The position numbers were made by a program, and so were the translations under genes. From Macrostomum lignano (taxonomy: Eukaryota), in assembly GCA_002269645.1 (NCBI GenBank), contig NIVC01000105.1:473992-537991 (forward strand): 64,000 bases of DNA, written 5' to 3'. Of this stretch, positions 35,107 through 47,400 are shown one piece after another. A model generated the notes under the pieces. The model did no database searches, was not told where the DNA came from, and saw only the letters and a program-made list of their open reading frames with translations. Positions within the stretch are counted from its first letter, which is position 1, and the number at the start of each line of letters is the position of its first letter.

Positions 35107-35645
35107 TTTTGAGTTAGGCACTGGGGTGAGGTTTTTCCGATGCACGAGCATCTTCTTGCCACTTCTCACTCCGTCTATCTCTCTTTGCACTCGGAAGACT
35201 GTTTCAGAAATTTGCGCCAGTACTCTGAATGCTGCTCTTTTCTTGCGATGGAACTTGTGACTTTCTTCGCTATGTAGCTGCGGATTATTGATCAATGCGA
35301 GGCATCCAACTAGCACATGCTTCGGTGGTTTATTCTCAGCATTGTCACCTTCTCGTCAGTCTCTCACTTTTTCCAACTTTTTCTGCACGATTTTCTGCGC
35401 TTCTTCAAGTCTTTCGGCATGACTCAGCAGGTAGCTTGGATAGTCATAGTATAGCCTAGGTTTCCGAATAATGCTATCAATTCTGAGGTTTGCTTCTCTG
35501 CCGAATAGCAGGTAGTGCGGGGTAAACCCGGTAGTCTGGTTCACACTGGTGCGCACAGCTACCAGAGCTGCGGGAATTAGCAGATCCCAGTCGGAATGGT
35601 CTTTTTCTACTAGGCACGTTATTATCGACTTTATCTGTTTATTGA
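35107..35645 (-). pseudogene. Gypsy integrase C-terminal fragment
   Basis: DWDLLIPAALVAVRTSVNQTTGFTPHYLLFGREA...; stop at 35356, then KFHRKKRAAFRVL...VHRKNL; related to 51517..51786. Confidence 0.85.
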
Positions 35646-36279
35646 ACTGTTTTGGAAAAAAGTACAAAATTCCAGTATTTACATGTTAATATTAATGGAT
35701 TAATGCTCATAACTAATAATCAGTTAACTTTTAGTCAACTTAACAATGTTAAAACTTAATAAGATTTTCATTAATATACCAGTGCCAACATTGGTCATTA
35801 CTTTGGATGCAGGTTCTTCTGCAATTAAATTCGTATTACCATATTTAAGGTTATTTGTATGTGAGAAATTTCCAGTATACCAATTGATAGTTGAGCCATT
35901 TCTGTGTACTACTTTGGCATACCATTTAAGTTTGAGATGATTTTTTGGCTTTTAATTGCTGAAAATTCTAATGGTGCAATAATATTATATGCTTTTTTTG
36001 TTAAAACAGAATAATTTATTATATGTTTAAAGTAATTTGAATTAAGGCAGTTAAACAGAAGAAAAAAATTGTTTGGAACTTTGGCAGGTTCAATATTTTG
36101 AATTGCCACTTGCATGTGCATTTGCAAAATTAAAGCTGGAAATTTCGTACAAAAGAATTTGTTGATTCTGTTGGGTTTCTCTATCTGCCAGGTAGTTCAT
36201 ATAATAGTCAAGCTGTTGTAAGTTAAAAAAGCAGTGTATCGTTTGTATACTTATAAAGTTTATAAATAATAAGTTTTAT

Positions 36280-37359
36280 TTGTTATTACTGCATTCTGCA
36301 TTTCTGATGCCTCTTGAATGCTCTGGATCACTTTGTTGGAATTCAACTTTGACCTCTAATGAAGACTACATCTACATCGGTGGTCCTTATCTATCTGTTG
36401 CTGAATCAGCCGATGGTGATTCTCCTATCATTTATTTAGTGTGCAGTTCTGGTTTATTTACCATGGCGATTAAAAAAGTGGATGGTGAAATATTACCATT
36501 AAGGAAAGCTGACGGTTTTGCTGTTACTGACCAAGTCTTGCTTGCTATCTTGTCGGGCGTCATCTATTCCAAAACAATGCACGATATTGTCAAAGCAATT
36601 AAAAACAAATTGGACACTATTGTGCTACATCCAATACAGTTCAACCTCAATAATGATGCGAGATCAATTAGCTTCAAGTCCATTCACACAACATCGAATG
36701 AAGTGTTTTCAATTACAAGTGATGAAGCTCTTTGCAAATTATGCAATGTTGTCAGCTGCAGTGCCATTTCAATTGTAGAGCCAACCTGCCCATTTCGTGT
36801 CCGTCAAATTGCATGTGGAAATGACCACTGTGTTGTATTAGCGAACAATGGCTCAGTGTTATCCATGGGAGTTGGCTCCCACGGTCAACTTGGACATGGC
36901 GATTTAGCTGATTTGACTTTTCCTAAGCAAGTGGATTCGCTGAGTATACTCTCAATTGTTTCTGTATCAGCTGGTGGTTGGCATAGTGCATTTCTTTCTA
37001 GCACTGGAGATCTATACATGTGTGGTTGGAACGAGTCAATGCAGCTAGGCATCAAAAATACTTCTCTATGCTCAGAACCGGAGCCACTTGACTTGCCACC
37101 TGAACTCTCTGATGGAAGTATGATTGATGAAGTTGTATCTGGTGTCTCCTGTGGCCACAGACATACAGTTCTGTGGACCGAAAGAAATACAATATTCTGT
37201 CTTGGTGGGTCTACAAACTTATCGGATAAGCGAAAAGTACTACTTGGCGATAGCTTCAGAGTAGTTACCATTGGACATAAGTCAACTGTGTATCATGGTC
37301 AGAGCGCTATTTTATGCAAAAGTTTTGACTTTGGTTTTGCAGTTTACTGTCAATCTTAA
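36280..37359 (+). CDS. RCCD1: RCC1-repeat protein, RCCD1-like (true 5' end uncertain)
   Basis: QIACGNDHCVVL...MGVGSHGQLGHG...VSAGGWHSAFLSSTGDLYMCGWNESMQLG...VSCGHRHT; the GGWHS/GWNES pattern is what I recall for RCCD1. The ORF starts at TTG, so an upstream exon is likely. Confidence 0.75.
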   Translation: MLLLHSAFLMPLECSGSLCWNSTLTSNEDYIYIGGPYLSVAESADGDSPIIYLVCSSGLFTMAIKKVDGEILPLRKADGFAVTDQVLLAILSGVIYSKTMHDIVKAIKNKLDTIVLHPIQFNLNNDARSISFKSIHTTSNEVFSITSDEALCKLCNVVSCSAISIVEPTCPFRVRQIACGNDHCVVLANNGSVLSMGVGSHGQLGHGDLADLTFPKQVDSLSILSIVSVSAGGWHSAFLSSTGDLYMCGWNESMQLGIKNTSLCSEPEPLDLPPELSDGSMIDEVVSGVSCGHRHTVLWTERNTIFCLGGSTNLSDKRKVLLGDSFRVVTIGHKSTVYHGQSAILCKSFDFGFAVYCQS

Positions 37360-39789
37360 GTAGTTTTTTTAGTTTTTGACTGAATTATAACGCACTTCGG
37401 TTGTCTATTAAGTATAGTCCATAGTTATTGCATTTAGGCACAAAAGTGGGAATCGTAAAATCTGACTTGCTTTTTGAACTTGTTACAGAAGTTAAATCAC
37501 TCGTCTATTAATATTGTATGCTACACCCGTCTATAAGTAATTCATTATTTAAAGACGGAATTTCATGGTATTTATATTTTCAGTCAACTTAAGCGTGAGA
37601 AAACCTGTATCAGTGTAAATTAGATAAGTAAAAACATTTTTTTGTTAAGTAGCGCCTCATTTTTGTTTTATGTTAATCTTAATAGAGCGAGAAGTCGAAG
37701 CATATTTTGGTTTAATTGTACTTTAGTAAAAATTGCTTCAAAACTTTGTCATCTATTTTCTTATGTATTGTAGCTTCATGATTTCCAGTTTCCAAGCTAA
37801 TGTAAGTGCTTCAATGCTCGTAACCATGGACTACCCAGTGGGCAGAGGTTAGAGAATTTATTTATTAGGACATTTTAGAGGCTAATTTGGCGCAAAAATA
37901 TGTGGCAGACAAAAAAAAGCGATAACTTTTTATTGATAGTTATTGAAAACAGATAAAAAGCAATCGTTTAGTAAAACATGCCTTTATATTTTCTTCATTG
38001 ATTTCTGTAATGTAGCGACTTACTTCATTTAATTTTTCACCTGTCTCCCTCGCTCTTTTCTCGCTCATGTTTGTATCTCTCTTCATTCTGATTGGCTACC
38101 TTTGCGTCTTATCTTTATCCTGTCACTCTGCTTTCTGGTCGCTTATTCTATCCTTTCCCCATTGCGCACTGATTTGTTTTCGTCATTATTTTTTACCACC
38201 CCATGCTCTAACCATTCACCTCCGTCTCTTATCGTGCATGCAACCTCACCCCCTCTATGTCAAATGTCTTATAAATATGCGAATTTGGGCCTTGAGTTGT
38301 TTGTTTTTTTCAACTTCTATAATTTAGTAACTAGTTTTATTGATATTATTTACATGTAAAGCTTTTTAAAAATCAAGGTGCGGTGAAGAGAAACCAAAGC
38401 AGTATCAATGTTTTGGTTTCTAGAATTATTAGGTTTTTAGTTGTAACGATGTTGATATTTATATATATTTTAAATAATTTAGTATTATTAATTTCTTTTT
38501 AGTATTATATTAATTGATCTACTATTTCTTAACAAATCTTAAAGTTATTCAATATTTACACTTAAAATTTGTTTTACTGTATCCTTCATAGAAATACGAG
38601 TATTGCATTATTTAAAAGGCGGTTATATCGCGTTTTTGCGCTCTAGGCTTTCTCTCTTGCGCTGGTCTCGTTTCGTGCGTGTTTTTGGTTGGTCCGCCGC
38701 GTAGTGCCTGTTACTATAGCTTACTACCAACAATTAAACGTCAATAGTTTAAATCCTGCCTGTCCAAATTAATAATACAATAAAATAAAATCAGTCAAAG
38801 TTCAACATAGAACTATTCAACTCGATTCGGCCACAAGACTCTTGACTCTTCTACTACGAAGACTCAGTTTACTATTGATCGTGCAGCCGTCAGCAACTTT
38901 AGCCGTCAGCACCGAACAAAGAGGGGTCGCGTCACATAGTGATCTTTTGATACGCTCAAATAGTGTGTAAATATAGTAAATGTGAGCTATGTTTAATTTT
39001 TTTGTGGTCCCAGATTGCCTCGAGCATCACAGTGCCATTGAGTGTAGCAGCGAAAAAAATTTAATCGAGAACTGACTAGCACAAGTCCGAGCGTGAAATA
39101 TTGTATCATTTCTTTGTCTTCTGCGTCAAGTCTCGCTAGTTAATACTAAATTTACTTTTCAAGGCACAACTGTTGCCAGTGTAAAATCTCCAAAAGGTAA
39201 GAAATAGCTCCCAGAGTGCATTTAGGAATAAAAAGCGAATGTCTTCGTGCTTCGCTTTACTCATTTAGCCGCAATAATAGCAGCTACAGAAGTTTTGATT
39301 TATGGTTTTAGCTCATAATTGATAGTATAATAATGATTTTTGAAATCTACCCCTTGCGCCATTTGGGTTGCAGAAATGTTGCGGGGACGTTGACAGAAAC
39401 AAACATGATTTGTCTAGTGCTTCCGTTTGTCGTCTGCAGGAATAATGCAGGTTGCGGATGCAGACGCGCAACATTGATAGATCAACCTAAATCAACATTT
39501 ATGCAGCTGTCAACAAAACGCAGTTTAGGTAGTTTTTTGTTTGACAATTTTTGTTGATTGCTACGTTTATTAATATTCAAATTTGTTTTCCCTCCACTTT
39601 TGTTCCAGATCAGTGGTACAATATTCAGTTAGAAATATTATCTTAAAAGCACGTACTTGCAATAATGATAGAAACTTTTAAAACATTGTAAACCCTTGCT
39701 TCGAGTGTGCATAGTAAACTGTTCGTACATTTTGCATGTACGTGCATATACCATACATTTGCAAATGACTGCCAGTTAATTTTTCGGTG

Positions 39790-40400
39790 AGAAGTATTGC
39801 ACTTCCTCGAAGTATTTCTCTTTCACTTCGATGTATCGTTGCATTCGCATTCGCCAAGCCTGAAAGCAGTTGAGGTACTCTGATGTGGGCTGTCTCTACA
39901 GTTCTGATTTGACTGCTCGTGTCAGATCCTGAATCCGAGAGAATAGCCTTCCAGAAATGGCAGTCCTAAACTTAGTGAACAACCAGAAGTCGCTGGGTTC
40001 AAGGTATTGTGAGTAGGTTGGGTGAAGCAGCAGCTGAACTCCTGTCTGTTCCAAGAAGGCTCAAGTTTCAGTGCGGGGGGCCGCATTGTCGTGGTATAGC
40101 AGCAATCTGGCACTTCTCCGTTCTGGCACGCTGCCGCCTCTCCTAAAGCAAAACAGTCAGCAGTTTCCGTGTATACTTGGCAGTCACCGTGCTACCCTCA
40201 GGAAGAATTTCGACTGCTAACACCCTCTGAGAGTTAAAGAAAACGATAAGCCTTGTCTTGCGTGGGCCGGCCTGGGTTTATCTTCGGTTTACCAGAACAT
40301 GTTAGACTCCTCTGTCATCTTAAAGAAGGAAATCTAGCATTTGTCTCCTGTGACGTCAAAACCTTTGTCCAATAGATCGTCAGATAGAAGTAGCGATTAA
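39790..40400 (-). pseudogene. Degraded mariner/Tc1 transposase remnant
   Basis: Across several frames: VTGDK, LIVFFNSQRVLAVEILPEGSTVTAKY, LLYHDNA, HPTYSQYLEPSDFWLFTKF, CFQAWRMRMQRYIEVKEKYFE. Confidence 0.8.
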
Positions 40401-43187
40401 ACTTTTTGTCTTTCCTTTCCTTCTTCCGTAGCTCTGCTAGAGCGTCGAATGACTTTGTCTCAAAATTTTCAGGTAGTTTTTTGTTAGCAAGTAGATCGTA
40501 CATGTAGCAGTGTCGTGCAGTTGCAGTTAAACAGACTGAACAGCATTAGCATCAATCAGTCCAGACAAATGTCCATGCCGTTTATTAAGTTGGCTTCGCA
40601 TCGGACTGCTTTCGATTCTGTGCAAAGCCAAATTTGCAAAGAACCTAACTCACTTATAGCTTTGCTCCATTCTTGCCGATCGCAATGAAGATGCTTGCTG
40701 TTGCTTGCTTGTGCGAAGTATATTAAGTCAATCCGTTAATAGCGGAGGTAAGTGACTTTGTTGAAAAGCAAACGAAGCTGCTGCTGATAGCTGCCTCTCC
40801 CTCTGGTGTTCCTTTAAGAGCGTTGTCTTCTCCTTTTAAAATGATTGCTGCCTAGCCGGGTTAGCTTAGCAATGCGGTTAATCGACATGGCAAGCGCCCG
40901 GCCATGGCGGACCACCCTTTCAATGTGGGAGTTCAAGGTCAGCCTGAAGTCCAGGTTCATACCTAGGAACCGGACTTCTTCTTGGTATTCAAGGCTCGTG
41001 CCGCCCAGGTTAAATTTGGGGCGCAGATCAAGCCGCCGGGTTGGCTTATAGTTAAACGCAATCACCTGACTCTTGCCGGCATTGATCTTGATCCCCTGCC
41101 CCCCACACCAGTTCCAAACTTGGTCAAGGTAGGGTTGCAGGAGCGACTTGAGGCCAGCAAAAGAGTCCGCCGAGGCCCAGATGGCCATGTCGTCGGCGAA
41201 TTGGCTGCGCTTAAGATTTGGATGTTGCGGCCTAGGCATAGTGCTGATCAAGAGCAGGTAGAGGAAGGGGCTCAGAATGCCGCCTTGGGGGACGCCCGCC
41301 TGCAGCTCGTACGGCTGGCTGAGCGCCCCGTTGACCTTCACCTGCATTAGCCTGTCTGCTAGATAGTCAGAGCAGATCCTGACGAGGGCGTCCGGCGTGT
41401 CGACTTCATGCATCCTGAACCTTAGGAAGTCATACCACACCGAGTCAAACGCCGCTTGTACGTCAAGGAGAATGGCCAGCAATCTTTTGAGTTTGGCTTT
41501 TCCAACCTGGACGTCTTGGACGAGACGGACAAGGTTGTCGTAGGTCGAGTGTACCTTCCTGTATGCGCACTGATCCTCACCGAGGATGCCTTGGCCCTCA
41601 AGATGCTTCATCAGTCTCCTCACCAAAAGCTTTTCGAACACCTTGCCGAGGCAGGAGGTTAGACTGATGGGCCGATAGGATCCCGGGGATTCAGGCGGTT
41701 TTTTCAGGTTTGGGAATCATAGTCACCACCGCCTTTTTCCACTGCGATGGGAAGATCCCCATACGATAGCAATCGTTGAACAGTTTGGTGATGCGAGTAA
41801 CCGCTATAGGCTACAGGCCATACTTCAGGACGCAGTTGGGAACTTTGTCCAGGCCCGGAGCACTGTCTACCTTGAGATGGTCCAGTTCCCAGAGGGTATC
41901 TGTAACAGAGATAGGGGCCTCCAGGGGGTGGCCCATGTACGGTTCTGCGCTCGGTGGGACAGGTCTGAAGAGTGGGAGCTTCATAGTCTGCTCAATTTTT
42001 TTCTTCAGTCCATCATCCGTAGATGGAATCGGGCGCATTTTGGCATCTAAGGCTCTCGCAAGCATGTCAGCCTTATCAGAGTCTGTGTGTGCGAGGGTGG
42101 CGCCATCATTCAGGGACGGAATAGTGGTGCCCTTTTTGCGCCCCATCAATTTTTTTGTGTCTTGCCAGAAGTCCTTGACATTCCGACGCTGACTTTTTTC
42201 AACTATTTTCTCGCACAATTGGGTGAATTGGCCCTGCTCAAACGAATGAATGGCGCTTTTTATTTCCTTCGCCTTTCTATTCGCGAGGAGCCTGAAGTTG
42301 TCGTCCCTGGTGCTAAGGTACAGACGCCGGAGCTTTCTTCTCTCCTTGATCATAGCAATGATCCTCTGGGGGAGGGTTCTACGGCTATTTCTGACCGGGA
42401 CGTTTTCCTCGATAGTCTTCTGGATCGCACCGGTGATGAAGTCGACCTCCGCATCAATTTGCTGCCTGGTTCTAAGGTCTGGAGGCCATGCATCAATCAT
42501 CTTTTCCATAAGGCTATTTTGGAACTCCTCCCAGTTGGCTTTAGTAAAATTTCGAGCCTTCTCTGGCCCTTGCCAGTCTGGGGAGTTACTTGCCAGGGTA
42601 AGAATAATTGGAAGGTGATCGCTATTCAGGTCGTCACCCACTTTTTAAGTCCTGGATGTAGGGGACGAGGTCGCTGGAGGCCAGACCTAGGTCCAGCACA
42701 TTCCGGGAGACCGTTCCTTGTCGATGGGCTATTCTGGTGAACTGACCTGGTTGGTTTAGAACGGTGGGACGGTTTGCAGGGTCGCCACAGAGCCAGTCAT
42801 GAAGCTGTTGGCCAGCCCTGTTATTGCGACTCTCGCCTCCCAAGAAATTGTGCCTGGCGTTGAGGTCACCCATAATAAGAGAGTATTTGGCCGAAGACAG
42901 CCGAGTCAAAAGACCGACATTAAGGTTGTCCGGCGATGGAGACCGATAGATCAAGGCCAGTTTGAAAGCAGGGCAAGCGCCGTCAAGAGGGGTGACTGTG
43001 CAGGTAAGAACCTCATGGTTGATGTTGTCGTACGAGAGCTGGACATCAGCTACCTTAACCCGTGGGGTGTGTACGAGGAGGAGTCCGCGCTTCGTACTTG
43101 GAAGGTCAAACCGCACTGCAGCATAGCCCGGAAATGTGCATACTTGGGTATTTTTCAGGATGGTCTCAGAGAACAACGCTATATCTA

Positions 43188-44970
43188 CGAGGGGTGTCCC
43201 AAAAGTTCCCGGAATTTCTAACGTAGCTCTTCAACAGAGCCATGAAATTTCACGCCCATGGTGTCAAATGAAAGGAAATTTTGTCACAAAGAATACAAAG
43301 TTAAAATCATGTTGATATCTTTTTTTATTCAAGAGCTACAGCAAGAAACTTGCGCAAAGGTCAGGGGTAGTGTTACACAACCTCAACAATCTATGACAAT
43401 GATTTTAAACAATAAAACACAGAACAGTTCATACCGTTGATGAAATGGGTGCCGATGATGGGCATGAACCAATTCAAAATTCAAAGCGAATCGTCAAGCT
43501 CAACCTGCGGCTTCTCCACGTAGTCCCCATTCAGCTGGACACACCTCTGCCACCTTGAAAGCATGCCGTCGATGGCCTGGGCAAAAACAGTTCGAGGCAT
43601 TTCATGCAGGATGACGCGACGAGTGAAGTCTTCAAGTTCACTGCGGTTCTGGAACACCCGGCCACGAAAAAGTTTTTTAATTTGTGGAAAGATGGCAAAA
43701 TCGGCAGGGGCCAAGTCTGGCGAGTAGGGCGGGTGAGGCACCAACTTAAAATTCAGCTGGTTGATCTGCGCCATCGTCTTTCTAGCGGTGTGTGGCCGAG
43801 CATTGTCATGGTGCAAAAAGCAGGGCTTTTCACCAGAATGACGCCGCTTGTTTCTCACATCATCCTTTAGTCTGGTCAGGCTAGCAACGTAGCGATCAGC
43901 ATTGATGGTGGTCCCTTCCTCCAGAAAATCAATGGTCAGTGGACCACAGTGGTCAAAGAAGAGAGTCAGCATGACTTTTTTCGAATGCTGGTCTCGCCGA
44001 GCCTTCACAGGGGCAGGTGACCCTTTCTTTGTCCAAACCCGGCTTTCTTCTTTTGTCTCAGGATCAAAAAACGGAATCCAGGTCTCGTCACCAGAAATGA
44101 TCAGCTTACCGAAGTCGCTCCAGCCACCTTGCCTCTGAATGAGCTCAATGTTGGACTTAGCGACGCTCAGTCGTTGTGCCCTGAGCTCCGGTGTGAGGAG
44201 ACGGGGAACCCAGCGGGCTGAGATCTTTGAGAGACCCAGATCGTTGACGATTATTCGATGGACAGTCGACTTGGCAATATCCAATTGATCAGAGATCTCT
44301 CGAATAGTCAAGCGGGCATCCGAGTCCAGCAGGGCCTCGATCCGTTGATGGGATGTCTCTCCACCCGACGTGCAAGGACGGCCAGAGCGTGGCTGATCAT
44401 TCACAGCAGACTGGCCATCTCTAAAGCGTTCGATCCATCCGTAAATTGCAGTTTTTTTCAGGCCGTTCTCACCGTGGATGGAGAATAAGTGGTCAAATCT
44501 TGGCTCCACTCCATCCTACTGACCAAAGGGCAAAAACTTGAATTCGCTGACTTTCAAGGCTCTGAAGAGAACTCATTTTCGCAAAGAAATTTCAAGTTGA
44601 AAGCAAGCGCTTGGTACGAATTATCTGCACTCGCGCAAAAGCTCAGATTAGCTTTATGAGCATTTCTGCTTTTTCCATAGACACTACCACGTCTTTCTAA
44701 CACGTCAGTAGCACGAATTCAAAATGATAAAATTCCAAAAATGGAGATGAAAAAATTATTGCCATAGATTGTTGAGGTTGTGTAACACTACCCCTGACCT
44801 TTGCGCAAGTTTCTTGCTGTAGCTCTTGAATAAAAAAAGATATCAACATGATTTTAACTTTGTATTCTTTGTGACAAAATTTCCTTTCATTTGACACCAT
44901 GGGCGTGAAATTTCATGGCTCTGTTGAAGAGCTACGTTAGACATTCCGGGAACTTTTGGGACACCCCTCG
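43188..44970 (-). mobile_element. Mariner (DD34D) transposon with ~208-bp TIRs
   Basis: TA TSD (43186-43187, 44971-44972); TIRs 43188-43395 and ~44763-44970 with one mismatch seen. Confidence 0.95.
43481..44576 (-). CDS. Mariner transposase with an N-terminal frameshift
   Basis: WVPRLL, ISGDETW, HHDNARPH, HPPYSPDLAPAD (34 residues between the last two D). The likely ATG at 44576 (MSSLQSLESQRIQVF...GAKI*) is out of frame with the 342-aa ORF ending at 43481. Confidence 0.9.
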
Positions 44971-45116
44971 TAGTTTCTGGTCTGAGACCCAGAGCCTGAG
45001 TTCTTTTAATTTCGGTATTATTCCCCTGCAATTCAGGTGGGCGATCTTGAGCCCTGAGGCAGTGGGGTTGGAGCTATCGTGCCCGTTATTACCGATCATT
45101 ACTAATTTCATTCATT

Positions 45117-46530
45117 CTAGGTCTGGCCATCCACCTGTCGCCGGGGGGCGCCAAGCAGCTGACCAAGACCTTGGTGACCTTCCGACCCTCCTGCAAGGGC
45201 CCGGGCCAGAACCCTACCTACTACATCTTGCAGCGTTTGACCGGTGCCTTCAGTAGTATGCGGCCGTTCGGCCTGGCTCGGCAAGAGGACCGTAAGCACC
45301 TCTACGAGCGCTTGAACTAGCTTGGGAAAGAGCCCACTCACCATAGCTTCCATGGCGGCGAGCATGTTAGGCAGCACGTCATTACTTGGCGGCGGATCAC
45401 TTGGCAACTGCGTCTGGGTCACAGAGTCAACCGAGTCGCGCACAGGGCGCTTTCGACTAGGGAGGCCGGGGCCGGTTAGCCAGGACGAGTCGTCGTCGGT
45501 GCCCCCCGTAGCCGTTGTCGCCCGTGCAGCGGTCTCGATTGGTCTAGGCGCAGTCACCGGAGCTGATCGCGGTGCGGGGGCGGGTGGCGCTGCTGCTGCT
45601 GCTGCCATCGCCTGCGCTTCTGTTGGTGCAGCTCGCTCAGTCGCTGCAGTTGCTAATACTGGTGGCGGAGCTGCTGCTTGCATTATTGCCGCGGCTTCCC
45701 TGGCGCCGGCTTGATAGGCTGCAGCGCGCCGGGCCGCCTGGCTGTGCTTTTCAGCAGCTACTGGGCAGTTCCTGTAGTTTGCTCAATGGGCCTCGCCACA
45801 ATTTGCGCATTTGGCCACGTCCGGGTTCGGGCACTCCTGCCAGCGGTGCGCCGCCGCGCAGATGTTGCAGCGCGGAGCAGCACGACACCGATTCGCGCGG
45901 TGGCCGAACCGCTGGCACTTATGGCACTGGAGCGCCCTAGCCGGAGCAGCCGTCTTGCTTGGTTCGCAGGCATATCTCGTGAACTGCGTTATGATGCCTG
46001 TCGCCAGGCAAGCATCCGCAGTGGCTTTATTAGGTAAGAATAGGCGGACGAGGTGAGTCGGCTCATTACGCGCTCGCGACGTGATGCGACTCGCAGAGAT
46101 AACTTTCAAACCTACGTCCTCCCGCAGGTGCTGAATGAATGCCGGAATCTCAATCTCGACCGGCACACCCCCGGACTACTACAGAGTGCACCGATCGGAC
46201 TGGAGGTGGCCGGTGAGCGGGTCTGTTGTACATTGGTCTGGAATTGGGCAGTCTACGCTTGACTGGTACGCCGTTCATGTTTGGCTCCCTCAGCGGCCCT
46301 CGGAGAAAGATCTGATGGTCTCTGGGTGTCGCTGGGAAAATCAGGTAGCCGTTCTTAGAACTGATTGGCCTGGTCAGCGTTGCTCGGGCGTTGCCCTGAA
46401 AGTTGGACGCCAGCCATTTAAGGAAGTTAATTTGGTCACATTTTGTGTCACCGTCGAAGTTGAAGACGACTGGCACTACGTTCTGCAGGCCTGGTGCAGC
46501 ATTATTACTATTGTTGTTCCTTGCTGATTA
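45117..46530 (-). pseudogene. LINE ORF1 gag-like region with three CCHC knuckles
   Basis: SVVVRG(fs)VPVEI...THLVRL...QCHKCQRFGHRANRC...CNICAAAHRWQEC...CANCGEAH*ANYRNCP, then in frame into the Ala/Pro-rich 45117..45683 ORF. Confidence 0.88.
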
Positions 46531-46794
46531 TTAATATTACAATTTTGACCCGCAGCCGACGCATATGAGCGCCCTTAGATGATAGGCCGTTGAGCTGCGC
46601 CACCGCGCCCCGCACCAACGTTGCCGCTTTGGTCTTGTACTTGGTTGCGGGAACTGCCAAGCGCAGCAGGGCCGGGCGCGCCGGCCGCCCCACGTAGCAG
46701 GACCGGAGTCCGCCCCGCCTCTGCCAGGCCCATCCCCGACGGGTGCTGCTGCCGCTGTCGTGCCTCCGTGCCCCGGTGTGCCGACGCCAGGTGG

Positions 46795-47400
46795 ATGAGT
46801 CACCCTAAAGGTGAGTGATATACGTACACCCTCCTGGACGCCGACTCCTGGGACACTGTGCTTGCACTTTCTTTGACAGGCCCCTGACATAATAATTACA
46901 GAGCCTGGTTTGGTTTACAGAGCCTACCACACGTTGGGTGACATTCTCCTTCACCAAGAACTGACGGACGGCGCCTAGGGAGACCGTAGCAATATAAGGG
47001 TCTCTATCGAGTTCCGGCTCGTTATCCGCATGGTAGGGTATATGGTCGTCTGCCGTTTCATAGAAGTTGATTAGGCAGCTATTAAACTTTGGTGCATTAA
47101 TATTGGCATTGAATTCTAGATAGTCCCGCATGTCCTCCACCGCCGGATGCCATTTCAGATTGGCGCCGAGGGGGACACCGGAGTATGAGTAGTCCGGACC
47201 AAACCATACGACACGGCGTTGCTCGTGCGGCCTATGATGCACGGCGATTGGCAGGAGATCTTTAATCAGCCTATCGTAGATGTCCGATGCTACACTGCCT
47301 AGCAAGTTGGGATAGTACTCTAGGCGGACATCTTGGCTAAGCAGCTTGATTGTCGATCCAGATTTGTCCGCGCCTCTTGGAAAAGCAATTGGATTGACAT
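46795..47400 (-). CDS. AlkB-family 2OG-Fe(II) dioxygenase domain (ALKBH2/3-like), one frameshift
   Basis: RRVVWFG.DYSYSG, FNSCLINFY, YHADNE (HxD), IATVSLGAVRQF; after a frameshift near 46912: PGSVIIMSG...KHSV (distal H)...RISLTFR (Rx5R). All catalytic residues are present. Confidence 0.9.

Larger units (their letters stand above)
40814..45111 (-). pseudogene. LINE ORF2: apurinic endonuclease plus reverse transcriptase
   Basis: LKIAHLNCRG...LDIALFSET (joined across the mariner), IMGDLNA, LDLG, SDHLPI; APGLD, WKKAVV, SYRPISL, QCAYR, LDVQAAFDSV, VPQGGILSP, QFADD; frameshifts near 42644 and 41701 and a TAG at 41813-41811. Confidence 0.92.

Noticed and set aside
38620-38720. Weak similarity to the Ngaro 3' region (~25365-25420)
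   Set aside because: Match is short and low-complexity; cannot support a shared element by eye.
43258-43440. ORF MVSNERKF repeated at 44697..44900 and 44843..45031
   Set aside because: Lies within the mariner TIRs.
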